Program-made: the position numbers and the translations under genes
Part shown: piece by piece, positions 42,356 to 56,700 of the stretch
Layout: every line of letters starts with the position of its first letter
Position numbering within the stretch: the stretch's first letter is position 1
Source of the DNA: Eledone cirrhosa
Lineage: Eukaryota
Length of the DNA: 64,000 nt
Assembly: GCA_964016885.1 (NCBI GenBank)
Contig: OZ024741.1
Location: 258,044,001 to 258,108,000, forward strand
Direction: 5' to 3'
Notes under the pieces: model-generated
Seen by the model: the letters and a program-made list of their open reading frames with translations, nothing else
The model's database searches: none
Told to the model about the DNA's origin: nothing

Positions 42356-45300
42356 ACGAGTGTTTCGACTTACGAGTGTTTCGACATACGAGTGTTTCGG
42401 CTTACGAGTGTTTTGATTTACGAGTGTTTTGACTTACGGGTGTTTCGACTTACGCGTGTTTAGACTTACGAGTGTTTCGACTTACGAGTGTTTCGACTTA
42501 CGAGTGTTTCGGCTTACGAGTGTTTTGACTTACGAATGTTTTGACTTACGGGTGTTTCGGCTTACGAGTGTTTCGACTTACGAGTGTTCTGACTACGAGT
42601 GTTCTGACTTACGGGTGTTCTGACTTACGAGTGTTCCGACTTACGAGTGTTTCGGCTTATGAGTGTTTCGACTTACGAGTGCTTCGACTTACGAGTGTTT
42701 CGGCTTACGGGTGTTTCGACTTACGAATGTTTTTGCTTACGAGTGTTTCGGCTTACGAGTGTTTCGGCTTATGAGTGTTTCGACTTACGAGTGTTTTGAC
42801 TTACGGGTGATTTGACATACGAGTGTTTCGATACGAGTGTTCTGACTTACGAATCTTTCCGCTTACGAGTGTTTCGGCTTACGAGTGTTTCGACTTACTA
42901 ATGTTTTTACTTACGAGTGTTTCGGTGTACGAGTTTTTCGACTTAAGGATGTTTCGACTTACGAGTGTTCTGACTTACGATTGTTCTGACTTACGAGCGT
43001 TCTGACTTACGAGTGTTTCGGCTTACGAGTGTTTCGGCTTACGAGTGTTTCGACTTACGAGTGTTTCGACTTACGAGTGTTCCGACTTACGGGTGTTTCG
43101 ACTTACGAGTGTTTTGGCTTACGGTGTTTCGACTTACGAGTGTTTCGAGTTAAGAGTGTTTTGACTTACGCGTGTTTTGACATACGAGTGTTCTGACTTA
43201 CGAGTGTTCTGACTTACGAGTGTTCTGACTTACGAGTGTTCTGACTTACGAGTGTTCTGACTTACGAGTGTTCCGACTTTATGAGTGTTTCGGCTCACGA
43301 GTGTTTCGGCTTACGAGTGTTTCCGGCTTACGAGTGTTTCGACTTACGAGTGTTTCGACTTACGAGTGTTTTGACTTACGGTGTTTCGGCTTACGAGTGA
43401 TTAGACTTACGAGTGTTTTGACTTACGGGTGTTTTGACTTACGGGTGTTGTGAATTACGAGTGTTCCGATTTACGAGTGTTTTGACTTACAGTGTTTCGG
43501 CTTACAAGTGATTCGACTTACGAATGTTTTGACGTACGGGTGTTTCGGCTTGCGAGTGTTTCGACTTACGAGTGTTTCGACTTACTAATGTTTTTACTTA
43601 CGAGTGTTTCGGTGTACGAGTTTTTCGACTTAAGGATGTTTCGACTTACGAGTGTTTCGACTTACGAGTGTTTCGACTTACGAGTGTTTTGGCTTACGAA
43701 TGTTTTGACTTACGGGTGTTTCGACTTACGGGTGTTTCGGTTTAAGAGTGTTTCGACTTACGAGTGTTTTGACTTACGAGTGTTCTGATTTACGAGTGTT
43801 CTGACTTATGAGTGTTCCGACTTACGAGTGTTCCGACTTACGAGTGTTTCGGCTTACGAGTGTTTCGGCTTAAGAGTGTTTCGGCTTACGAGTGTTTTGA
43901 CTTACGAGTGTTCTGACTACGAGTGTTCTGACTTACGGGTGTTCAGACTTACGAGTGTTCCGACTTACGAGTGTTTCGGCTTATGAGTGTTTCGACTTAC
44001 GGGCGTTTCGACTTACGGGTGTTTCGACTTACGAGTGTTTTGACTTACGAGTGTTCTGACTTACGAGTGTTCTGACATACGAGTGTTCCGACTTACGACT
44101 GTTTCGACTTACGAGTGTTTTGACTTACGAGTGTTCCGACTTACGAGTGTTTCGGCTTACGGATGTTTCGACGTACGAGTATTTTTGGCTTACGAGTGTT
44201 TCGACTTACGAGTGTTTTGAATTACGATTGTTTCGGCTTACGAGTGTTTCGACTTACGAGTATTTCGACTTACGAGTGTTTTGACTTATGGGTGTTTTGA
44301 CATACGAGTATTTCGATTCGAATGCTCTGACTTACGAGTGTTCTGACTTACGAGTGTTCTGACTTACGAGTGTTCTGACTTACCGGTGTTCTGACTTACG
44401 TGTGTTCCGACTTACGAGTGTTTCGGCTTACGGGTGTTTCGACTTACAAGTGTTTCGACTTACGAGTGTTTTGACTTACGGTGTTTCGGCTTACGAGTTA
44501 TTCGACATACGAGTGTTTCGACTTACGGGTGTTTCGAGTTACGGGTGTTTCGACTTACGAGTGTTTCGACTTATGAGTGTTTCGACTTACGAGTGTTCTG
44601 ACTTACGAGTGTTTAGGTTTACGAGTGTTTCGACGCACGAGTGTTTTGACTTACGGGTGTTTCGACTTACGGGTGTTTCGACTTACGAGTGTTTCGGCTT
44701 ACGAGTGTTTCGACTTACTAATGTTTTTACTTACGAGTGTTTCGGTGTACGAGTGTTTCGACTTAAGGATGTTTCGATTTACGAGTGTTTCGACTTACGA
44801 GTGTTTCGGCTTACGTGAGTTTCGACTTAAGAGTGTTCTGATTTACGAGTGTTCTGACTTGCGGGTGTTCTGATTTACGAGTGTTCCGACTTACGAGTGT
44901 TTCGGCTTATGAGTGTTTCGACTTACGAGTGTTTCGGCTTACGAGTGTTTCGCCTTATTGGTGTTTCGACTTACGAGTGTTTTTACTTACGGTGTTTCGG
45001 CTTACGAGTGTTTCGACATACGAGTGTTTTGACTTACGAATGTTTTGACTTACGGGTGTTTCGGCTTACGAGTGTTTCGACTTACGAGTGTTTCGGCTTA
45101 CGAGTGTTTCGACTTAATAATGTTTTTACTTACGAGTGTTTCGGCGTACGAGTGTTTCGACTTACGAGTGTTTCGACTTAAGGGTGTTTTGACTTACGGG
45201 TGTTTCGGCTTACGAGTGTTTTGACTTAAGGGTGTTTCGACTTACGAGTATTTTTGGCTTACGAGTGTTTCGACTTACGAGTGTTTTGACTTACGAGTGT

Positions 45301-45676
45301 TCTGATTTACGGATGTTTCGACATACGAGTGTTCAGACTTACGAGTGTTCCGACTTACGAGTGTTTCGGCTTACGAGTGTTTCGACTTACGAGTGTTTCG
45401 ACTTACGAGTGTTTCGACTTACGAGTGTTTCGACTTACGAGTGTTTTGACTTACGGTGTTTCGGCTTACGAGTGTTTCGACTTACGAGTGTTTTGACTTA
45501 CTGGTGTTTTGACATACGAGTGTTTCGATACGAGTGTTTCGACTTACGAGTGTTCTGACTTACGAGTGTTCTAACTTACGAGTGTTCTGACTTACGAGTG
45601 TTCTGACTTACGAGTGTTCCGACTTACGAGTGTTTCGGCTCACGAGTGTTTCGGCTTACGAGTGTTTCGACTTATG

Positions 45677-45756
45677 AAAATAACAAATAGACGCGGTTTC
45701 AAATCTCTATGCTTTTCAAATTCATTACATTAATCTTTATTTATACGTTTCGCTTT
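45677..45756 (+). repeat. AT-rich island, copy 25 (TTATG junction)
   Basis: Direct match to island consensus. Confidence 0.97.
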
Positions 45757-46314
45757 ACAAGTGTTTCGACTTACGTGTGTTTCGACTTACGAGTGTTTCG
45801 GCTTACGAGTGTTTTGACTTACGAGTGTTTTGACTTACATGTGTTTCGACTTACGCGTGTTTCGACTTACGAGTGTTTCGACTTACGAGTGTTTCGACTA
45901 CGGGTGTTTCGACTTACGAATGTTTTGACTTACGGATGTTTTGACTTACAGGTGTTTCGGCTTACGAGTGTTTCGACTTACGAGTGTTTCGACTTACGAG
46001 TGTTTTGATTACGAGTGTTTTGACTTACGGTGTTTCGGCTTACGAGTGTTTCGACTTACGAGTGTTTTGACTTACGGGTGTTTTGACATACGAGTGTTTC
46101 GATACGAGTGTTCTGACTTACGAGTGTTCTGACTTACGAGTGTTCTGACTTACGAGTGTTCTGACATACGTGTGTTCTGACTTACGAGTGTTCCGATTTA
46201 CGAGTGTTTCGGCATATGAGTGTTTCGACTTACGAATGTTTTTGCTTACGGGTGTTTCGACATACGAATGTTTTTTCTTACGAGTGTTTCAGCTTACGAG
46301 TGTTTCGACTTACG

Positions 46315-46392
46315 AAAATAACAAATAGACGCGGTTTCAAATCTCTGCTTTTCAAATTCATTACATTAATCTTTATTTACAAGTTTCGCTTT
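46315..46392 (+). repeat. AT-rich island, copy 26 (2-bp deletion ATCTCTGCTT; TTTACAAG)
   Basis: Direct match with 2-bp deletion. Confidence 0.96.
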
Positions 46393-46984
46393 ACGAGTGT
46401 TTCGACTTACGCGTGTTTCGACTTACGAGTGTTTCGACTTACGAGTGTTTCGACTTACGAGTGTTTCGACTTACGAGTGTTCTGACTTACGAGTGTTCTG
46501 ACTTACGAGTGTTTCGACTTACGAGTGTTCTGACTTAGGAGTGTTCTGACTTACGAGTGGTCCGACTCACGAGTGTTTCGACTTACGAGTGTTTCGACTT
46601 ACGAGTGTTTCGACTTACGAGTGTTTCGGCTGACGAGTGTTTTGACTTACGAGTGTTCTGACTACGAATGTTCTGACTTACGAGTGTTTCGGCTTATGAG
46701 TGTTTCGACTTACGAGTGTTTCGGCTTATGAGTGTTTCGACTTACGAGTGTTTCGGCTTACGAGTGTTTCGACTTACGAGTGTTTCGACTTACGAGTGTT
46801 TTGACTTACTGGTGTTTTGACATACGAGTGTTTCGATACGAGTGTTTCGACTTACGAGTGTTCTGACTTACGAGTGATCTAACTTACGAGTGTTCTGACT
46901 TACGAGTGTTCTGACTTACGAGTGTTCCGACTTGCGAGTGTTTCGGCTCACGAGTGTTTCGGCTTACGAGTGTTTCGACTTACG

Positions 46985-47064
46985 AAAATAACAAATAGAC
47001 GCGGTTTCAAATCTCTATGCTTTTCAAATTCATTACATTAATCTTTATTTATACGTTTCGCTTT
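46985..47064 (+). repeat. AT-rich island, copy 27
   Basis: Direct match to island consensus. Confidence 0.97.
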
Positions 47065-47797
47065 ACGAGTGTTTCGACTTACGAGTGTTTCGACTTACGA
47101 GTGTTTCGGCTTACGAGTGTTTCGACTTACGAGTGTTTCGACTTACGAGTGTTTTGACTTACTGGTGTTTTGACATACGAGTGTTTCGATACGAGTGTTT
47201 CGACTTACGAGTGTTCTGACTTACGAGTGTTCTGACTTACGAGTGTTTCGACTTACGAGTGTTCTGACTTAGGAGTGTTCTGACTTACGAATGTTCCGAC
47301 TTACGAGTGTTTCGACTTACGAGTGTTTTGACTTACGAGTGTTTCGACTTACGAGTGTTTCGGCTTACGAGTGTTTTGACTTACGAGTGTTCTGACTACG
47401 AGTGTTCTGACTTACGAGTGTTTCGGCTTATGAGTGTTTCGACTTACGAGTGTTTCGGCTTATGAGTGTTTCGACTTACGAGTGTTTCGGCTTACGAGTG
47501 TTTCGACTTACGAGTGTTTCGACTTACGAGTGTTTCGACTTACGGGTGTTTCGACTTACGAGTGTTTCGACTACGAGTGTTTCGACTTACGAGTGTTTCG
47601 ACTTACGAGTGTTTCGACATACGGGTGTTTCGACTTACGGTGTTTCGGCTTACGAGTGTTTCGATACGAGTGTTCTGACTTACGAGTGTTCTGACTTACT
47701 AGTGTTCTGACTTACGAGTGTTCTGACTTACGAGTGTTCCGACTTTACGAGTGTTTCGGCTCACGAGTGTTTCGGCTTACGAGTGTTTCGACTTACG

Positions 47798-47877
47798 AAA
47801 ATAACAAATAGACGCGGTTTCAAATCTCTATGCTTTTCAAATTCATTACATTAATCTTTATTTATACGTTTCGCTTT
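47798..47877 (+). repeat. AT-rich island, copy 28
   Basis: Direct match to island consensus. Confidence 0.97.
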
Positions 47878-50800
47878 ACGAGTGTTTCGACTTACGAGTG
47901 TTTCGACATACGAGTGTTTCGGCTTACGAGTGTTTTGATTTACGAGTGTTTTGACTTACGGGTGCTTCGACTTACGCGTGTTTGGACTTACGAGTGTTTC
48001 GACTTACGAGTGTTTCGACTTACGAGTGATTCGACTTACGAATGTTTTGACTTACGGGTGTTTCGGCTTGCGAGTGTTTCGACTTACGAGTGTTTCGGCT
48101 TATGAGTGTTTCGACTTACTAATGTTTTTACTTACGAGTGTTTCGGCGTACGAGTGTTTTGACTTACGAGTGTTTCGACTTACGAGTGTTTTGACTTACG
48201 ATTGTTTCGGCTTACGAGTGTTTCGACTTACGAGTGTTCTGACTACGAGTGTTCTGACTTACGGGTGTTCTGACTTACGAGTGTTCCGACTTACGAGTGT
48301 TTCGGCTTATGAGTGTTTCGACTTACGAGTGCTTCGACTTACGAGTGTTTCGGCTTACGGGTGTTTCGACTTACGAATGTTTTTGCTTACGAGTGTTTAG
48401 GCTTACGAGTGTTTCGGCTTATGAGTGTTTCGAATTACGAGTGTTTTGACTTACGGGTGTTTTGACATACGAGTGTTTCGATACGAGTGTTCTGACTTAC
48501 GAGTGTTTCCGCTTACGAGTGTTTCGGCTTACGAGTGTTTCGACTTACTAATGTTTTTACTTACGAGTGTTTCGGTGTACGAGTGTTTCGACTTAAGGAT
48601 GTTTCGACTTACAAGTGTTTCGACTTACGAGTGTTTCGACTTACGAGTGTTTTGGCTTACGAATGTTTTGACTTACGTATGTTTCGACTTACGGGTGTTT
48701 CGGCTTACGAGTGTTTCGACTTACGAGTGTTTTGACTTACGAGTGTTCTGACTTACGAGTGTTCTGACTTATGAGTGTTCCGACTTACGAGTGTTCCGAC
48801 TTACGAGTGTTTCGGCTTACGAGTGTTTCGGCTTACGAGTGTCTCGGCTTACGAGTGTTTTGACTTACGAGTGTTCTGACTACGAGTGTTCTGACTTACG
48901 GGTGTTCTGACTTACGAGTGTTCCGACTTACGAGTGTTTCGGCTTATGAGTGTTTCGACTTACGGGCGTTTCGACGTACGGGTGTTTCGACTTACGAGTG
49001 TTTTGACTTACGAGTTTTCTGACTTACGAGTGTTCTGACTTACGAGTGTTCCGACTTACGACTGTTTCGACTTACGAGTGTTTTGACTTAAGAGTATTCC
49101 GACTTACGAGTGTTTCGGCTTACGGGTGTTTCGACGTACGAGTATTTTTGGCTTACGAGTGTTTCGACTTACTAATGTTTTTACTTACGAGTGTTTCGGC
49201 TTACGAGTGTTTCGACTTACGAGTATTTCGACTTACGAGTGTTTTGACTTATGGGTGTTTTGACATACGAGTGTTTCGATACGAATGCTCTGACTTACGA
49301 GTGTTCTGACTTACGAGTGTTCTGACTTACGAGTGTTCTGACTTACGGGTGTTCTGACTTACGTGTGTTCCGACTTACGAGTGTTTCGGCTATGGGTGTT
49401 TCGACTTACGAGTGTTTCGACTTACGAGTGTTTTGACTTACGGTGTTTCGGCTTACGAGTGTTTCGACTTACGAATGTTTTGGCTTACAGTGTTTCGGCT
49501 TACGGGTGTTTCGACTTACGAGTGTTTCGACTTACGAGTGTTTTGACTTACGGTGTTTCGGCTTACGAGTTATTCGACATACGAGTGTTTCGACTTACGG
49601 GTGTTTCGACTTACGGGTGTTTCGACTTACGAGTGTTTCGATTTATGAGTGTTTCGACTTACGAGTGTTCTGACTTACGAGTGTTCTGACTTACGAGTGT
49701 TCCGACTTACGAGTGTTTCGGTTTACGATTGTTTCGACACACGAGTGTTTTGACTTACGGGGGTTTCGACTTACGGGTGTTTCGACTTACGAGTGTTTTG
49801 AATTACGAGTATTTCGACTTACGAGTGTTTTGACTTATGGGTGTTTTGACATACGAGTGTTTCGATACGAATGCTCTGACTTACGAGTGTTCTGACTTAC
49901 GAGTGTTCTGACTTACGAGTGTTCTGACTTACGGGTGTACTGACATACGTGTGTTCCGACTTACGAGTGTTTCGGCTATGGGTGTTTCGACTTACGAGTG
50001 TTTCGACTTACGAATGTTTTGGGTTACGAGTGTTTCGGCTTACGAGTGTTTCGACTTACGAATGTTTTGACTTACGGTGTTTCGGCTTACGAGTTATTCG
50101 ACATACGAGTGTTTCGACTTACGGGTGTTTCGACTTACGAGTGTTTCGATTTATGAGTGTTTCGACTTACGAGTGTTCTGACCTACGAGTGTTCTGACTT
50201 ACGAGTGTTCCGACTTACGAGTGTTTAGGTTTACGAGTGTTTCGACACACGAGTGTTTTGACTTACGGGGGTTTCGACTTACGGGTGTTTCGACTTACGA
50301 GTGTTTCGGCTTACGAGTGTTCCGACTTAAGGATGTTTCGACTTACGAGTGTTTCGACTTACGAGTGTTTCGGCTTACGTGAGTTTCGACTTAAGGGTGT
50401 TTTGACTTACGGGTGTTGTGAATTACGAGTGTTCCGATTTACGAGTGTTTTGACCTACGGTGTTTCGGCTTACGAGTTATTCGACTTACGAATGTTTTGA
50501 CTTACGGGTGTTTCGGCTTGCGAGTGTTTCGACTTACGAGTGTTTCGGCTTATGAGTGTTTCGATTACTAATGTTTTTACTTACGAGTGTTTCGGCGTAC
50601 GAGTGTTTTGACTTACGAGTGTTTCGACTTACGAGTGTTTTGACTTACGAATGTTTTGATTTACGGGTGTTTCGGCTTACGAGTCTTTCGACTTACGAGT
50701 GTTTCGGCTGGCGAGTGTTTCGACTTACGAGTGTTTTGACTTAAGGGTGTTTCGACTTACGAGTGTTTCGACTTACGAGTGTTTCGACTTACGAGTGTTT

Positions 50801-53270
50801 CGGCTTACGAGTGTTTTGACTTAAGGGTGTTTCGACTTACGAGTGTTTCGATACGAGTGTTTCGACTTACGAGTGTTCTGACTTACGAATATTCCGACTT
50901 ACGAGTGTCTCGGCTTACGAGTGTTTCAGCTTACGAGTGTTTCGACTTACGAATGTTTTGACTTACGATTGTTTCGGCTTACGAGTGTTTCGACTTACGA
51001 GTGTTCTGACTACGAGTGTTCTGACTTACGGGTGTTCTGACTTACGAGTGTTCCGACTTACGAGTGTTTCGGCTTATGAGTGTTTCGACTTACGAGTGCT
51101 TCGACTTACGAGTGTTTCGGCTTACGGGTGTTTCGACTTACGAATGTTTTTGCTTACGAGTGTTTCGGCTTACGAGTGTTTCGGCTTATGAGTGTTTCGA
51201 ATTACGAGTGTTTTGACTTACGGGTGTTTTGACATACGAGTGTTTCGATACGAGTGTTCTGACTTACGAGTGTTTCCGCTTACGAGTGTTCCGACTTACG
51301 ACTGTTTCGACTTACGAGTGTTTTTACTTACGAGTATTCCGACTTACGAGTGTTTCGGCTTACGGGTGTTTCGACGTACGAGTATTTTTGGCTTACGAGT
51401 GTTTCGACTTACGAGTGTTTTGAATTACGATTGTTTCGGCTTACGAGTGTTTCGACTTACGAGTATTTCGACTTACGAGTGTTTTGACTTATGGGTGTTT
51501 TGACATACGAGTGTTTCGATACGAATGCTCTGACTTACGAGTGTTCTGACTTACGAGTGTTCTGACTTACGAGTGTTCTGACTTACGGGTGTTCTGACTT
51601 ACGTGTGTTCCGACTTACGAGTGTTTCGGCTATGGGTGTTTCGACTTACGAGTGTTTCGACTTACGAATGTTTTGGCTTACGAGTGTTTCGGCTTACGAG
51701 TGTTTCGATACGAGTGTTTCGAATTACGAGTGTTCTGACTTACGAGTGTTCCGACTTACGAGTGTCTCGGCTTACGAGTGTTTCGATACGAGTGTTTCGA
51801 CTTACGAGTGTTTCGACTTACGAGTGTTTCGACTTACGAGTGTTCTGATTTACGGATGTTTCGACATAGGAGTGTTTCGACTTACGAGTGTTTCGACTTA
51901 CGAGTGTTTTGACTTACGTGTGTTTTGACATACGAGTGTTTCGATACGAGTGTTTCGACTTACGAGTGTTCTGACTTACGATTGTTCTGACTTACGAGCG
52001 TTCTGACTTACGAGTGTTTCGGCTTACGAGTGTTTCGGCTTACGAGTGTTTCGACTTACGAGTGTTTCGACTTACGAGTGTTCCGACTTACGGGTGTTTC
52101 GACTTACGAGTGTTTTGGCTTACGGTGTTTCGACTTACGAGTGTTTCGAGTTAAGAGTGTTTTGACTTACGCGTGTTTTGACATACGAGTGTTCTGACTT
52201 ACGAGTGTTCTGACTTACGAGTGTTCTGACTTACGAGTGTTCTGACTTACGAGTGTTCTGACTTACGAGTGTTCCGACTTTACGAGTGTTTCGGCTCACG
52301 AGTGTTTCGGCTTACGAGTGTTTCCGGCTTACGAGTGTTTCGACTTACGAGTGTTTCGACTTACGAGTGTTTTGACTTACGGTGTTTCGGCTTACGAGTG
52401 ATTAGACTTACGAGTGTTTTGACTTACGGGTGTTTTGACTTACGGGTGTTGTGAATTACGAGTGTTCCGATTTACGAGTGTTTTGACTTACAGTGTTTCG
52501 GCTTACAAGTGATTCGACTTACGAATGTTTTGACGTACGGGTGTTTCGGCTTGCGAGTGTTTCGACTTACGAGTGTTTCGGCTTATGAGTGTTTCGACTT
52601 ACTAATGTTTTTACTTACGAGTTTTTCGGCGTACGAGTGTTTTGACATACGAGTGTTTCGACTTACGAGTGTTTTGACTTACGAATGTTTTGACTTACGG
52701 GTGTTTCGGCTTACGAGTGTTTCGACTTACGAGTGTTTCGGCTTGCGAGTGTTTCGACTTACTAATGTTTTTACTTACGAGTGTTTCGGCGTACGAGTGT
52801 TTCGACTTACGAGTGTTTCGACTTACGGGTGTTTCGGCTTACGAGTGTTTCGACTTACGAGTGTTTTGACTTAAGGGTGTTTCGACTTACGAGTGTTTCG
52901 ACTTACGAGTGTTTCGACTTACGAGTGTTTCGAATTACGAGTGTTTTGACTTGAGGGTTTTCGACTTATGAGTGTTTCGATACGAGTGTTTCGACTTACG
53001 AGTGCTCTGACTTACGAGTGTTCTGATTTACGGATGTTTCGACACACGAGTGTTTCGAATTACGAGTGTTTCGACTTACGAGTGTTTTGACTTACGGGTG
53101 TTTTGACATACGAGTGTTTCGATACGAGTGTTTCGACTTACGAGTGTTCTGACTTACGAGTGTTCTGACTTACGAGTGTTCTGACTTACGAGTGTTCTTA
53201 CTTACGAGTGTTCCGACTTACGCGTGTTTAGGCTTACGAGTGTTTCGACTTACGAGTGTTCCGACTTACA

Positions 53271-53350
53271 AAAATAACAAATAGACGCGGTTTCAAATCT
53301 CTATGCTTTTCAAATTCATTACATTAATCTTTATTTATACGTTTCGCTTT
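53271..53350 (+). repeat. AT-rich island, copy 29 (TTACA junction)
   Basis: Direct match to island consensus. Confidence 0.97.
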
Positions 53351-55984
53351 ACGAGTGTTTCGACTTACGAGTGTTTCGACATACGAGTGTTTCGGCTTAC
53401 GAGTGTTTTGATTTACGAGTGTTTTGACTTACGGGTGCTTCGACTTACGCGTGTTTCGACTTACGAGTGTTTCGACTTACGAGTGTTTCGACTTACGAGT
53501 GTTTCGGCTTACGAGTGTTTTGACTTACGAATGTTTTGACTTACGGGTGTTTCGGCTTACGAGTGTTTCGACTTACGAGTGTTCTGACTACGAGTGTTCT
53601 GACTTACGGGTGTTCTGACTTACGAGTGTTCCGACTTACGAGTGTTTCGGCTTATGAGTGTTTCGACTTACGAGTGCTTCGACTTACGAGTGTTTCGGCT
53701 TACGGGTGTTTCGACTTACGAATGTTTTTGCTTACGAGTGTTTCGGCTTACGAGTGTTTCGGCTTATGAGTGTTTCGACTTACGAGTGTTTTGACTTACG
53801 GGTGATTTGACATACGAGTGTTTCGATACGAGTGTTCTGACTTACGAGTCTTTCCGCTTACGAGTGTTTCGGCTTACGAGTGTTTCGACTTACTAATGTT
53901 TTTACTTACGAGTGTTTCGGTGTACGAGTTTTTCGACTTAAGGATGTTTCGACTTACGAGTGTTTCGACTTACGAGTGTTTCGACTTACGAGTGTTTTGG
54001 CTTACGAATGTTTTGACTTACGGGTGTTTCGACTTACGGGTGTTTCGGTTTAAGAGTGTTTCGACTTACGAGTGTTTTGACTTACGAGTGTTCTGATTTA
54101 CGAGTGTTCTGACTTATGAGTGTTCCGACTTACGAGTGTTCCGACTTACGAGTGTTTCGGCTTACGAGTGTTTCGGCTTAAGAGTGTTTCGGCTTACGAG
54201 TGTTTTGACTTACGAGTGTTCTGACTACGAGTGTTCTGACTTACGGGTGTTCAGACTTACGAGTGTTCCGACTTACGAGTGTTTCGGCTTATGAGTGTTT
54301 CGACTTACGGGCGTTTCGACTTACGGGTGTTTCGACTTACGAGTGTTTTGACTTACGAGTGTTCTGACTTACGAGTGTTCTGACATACGAGTGTTCCGAC
54401 TTACGACTGTTTCGACTTACGAGTGTTTTGACTTACGAGTGTTCCGACTTACGAGTGTTTCGGCTTACGGATGTTTCGACGTACGAGTATTTTTGGCTTA
54501 CGAGTGTTTCGACTTACGAGTGTTTTGAATTACGATTGTTTCGGCTTACGAGTGTTTCGACTTACGAGTATTTCGACTTACGAGTGTTTTGACTTATGGG
54601 TGTTTTGACATACGAGTATTTCGATTCGAATGCTCTGACTTACGAGTGTTCTGACTTACGAGTGTTCTGACTTACGAGTGTTCTGACTTACCGGTGTTCT
54701 GACTTACGTGTGTTCCGACTTACGAGTGTTTCGGCTTACGGGTGTTTCGACTTACAAGTGTTTCGACTTACGAGTGTTTTGACTTACGGTGTTTCGGCTT
54801 ACGAGTTATTCGACATACGAGTGTTTCGACTTACGGGTGTTTCGAGTTACGGGTGTTTCGACTTACGAGTGTTTCGACTTATGAGTGTTTCGACTTACGA
54901 GTGTTCTGACTTACGAGTGTTTAGGTTTACGAGTGTTTCGACACACGAGTGTTTTGACTTACGGGTGTTTCGACTTACGGGTGTTTCGACTTACGAGTGT
55001 TTCGGCTTACGAGTGTTTCGACTTACTAATGTTTTTACTTACGAGTGTTTCGGTGTACGAGTGTTTCGACTTAAGGATGTTTCGATTTACGAGTGTTTCG
55101 ACTTACGAGTGTTTCGGCTTACGTGAGTTTCGACTTAAGAGTGTTCTGATTTACGAGTGTTCTGACTTGCGGGTGTTCTGATTTACGAGTGTTCCGACTT
55201 ACGAGTGTTTCGGCTTATGAGTGTTTCGACTTACGAGTGTTTCGGCTTACGAGTGTTTCGCCTTATTGGTGTTTCGACTTACGAGTGTTTTTACTTACGG
55301 TGTTTCGGCTTACGAGTGTTTCGACATACGAGTGTTTTGACTTACGAATGTTTTGACTTACGGGTGTTTCGGCTTACGAGTGTTTCGACTTACGAGTGTT
55401 TCGGCTTACGAGTGTTTCGACTTAATAATGTTTTTACTTACGAGTGTTTCGGCGTACGAGTGTTTCGACTTACGAGTGTTTCGACTTAAGGGTGTTTTGA
55501 CTTACGGGTGTTTCGGCTTACGAGTGTTTTGACTTAAGGGTGTTTCGACTTACGAGTATTTTTGGCTTACGAGTGTTTCGACTTACGAGTGTTTTGACTT
55601 ACGAGTGTTCTGATTTACGGATGTTTCGACATACGAGTGTTCAGACTTACGAGTGTTCCGACTTACGAGTGTTTCGGCTTACGAGTGTTTCGACTTACGA
55701 GTGTTTCGACTTACGAGTGTTTCGACTTACGAGTGTTTCGACTTACGAGTGTTTTGACTTACGGTGTTTCGGCTTACGAGTGTTTCGACTTACGAGTGTT
55801 TTGACTTACTGGTGTTTTGACATACGAGTGTTTCGATACGAGTGTTTCGACTTACGAGTGTTCTGACTTACGAGTGTTCTAACTTACGAGTGTTCTGACT
55901 TACGAGTGTTCTGACTTACGAGTGTTCCGACTTACGAGTGTTTCGGCTCACGAGTGTTTCGGCTTACGAGTGTTTCGACTTATG

Positions 55985-56064
55985 AAAATAACAAATAGAC
56001 GCGGTTTCAAATCTCTATGCTTTTCAAATTCATTACATTAATCTTTATTTATACGTTTCGCTTT
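55985..56064 (+). repeat. AT-rich island, copy 30 (TTATG junction)
   Basis: Direct match to island consensus. Confidence 0.97.
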
Positions 56065-56622
56065 ACAAGTGTTTCGACTTACGTGTGTTTCGACTTACGA
56101 GTGTTTCGGCTTACGAGTGTTTTGACTTACGAGTGTTTTGACTTACATGTGTTTCGACTTACGCGTGTTTCGACTTACGAGTGTTTCGACTTACGAGTGT
56201 TTCGACTACGGGTGTTTCGACTTACGAATGTTTTGACTTACGGATGTTTTGACTTACAGGTGTTTCGGCTTACGAGTGTTTCGACTTACGAGTGTTTCGA
56301 CTTACGAGTGTTTTGATTACGAGTGTTTTGACTTACGGTGTTTCGGCTTACGAGTGTTTCGACTTACGAGTGTTTTGACTTACGGGTGTTTTGACATACG
56401 AGTGTTTCGATACGAGTGTTCTGACTTACGAGTGTTCTGACTTACGAGTGTTCTGACTTACGAGTGTTCTGACATACGTGTGTTCTGACTTACGAGTGTT
56501 CCGATTTACGAGTGTTTCGGCATATGAGTGTTTCGACTTACGAATGTTTTTGCTTACGGGTGTTTCGACATACGAATGTTTTTTCTTACGAGTGTTTCAG
56601 CTTACGAGTGTTTCGACTTACG

Positions 56623-56700
56623 AAAATAACAAATAGACGCGGTTTCAAATCTCTGCTTTTCAAATTCATTACATTAATCTTTATTTACAAGTTTCGCTTT
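56623..56700 (+). repeat. AT-rich island, copy 31 (2-bp deletion variant)
   Basis: Direct match with 2-bp deletion. Confidence 0.96.
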
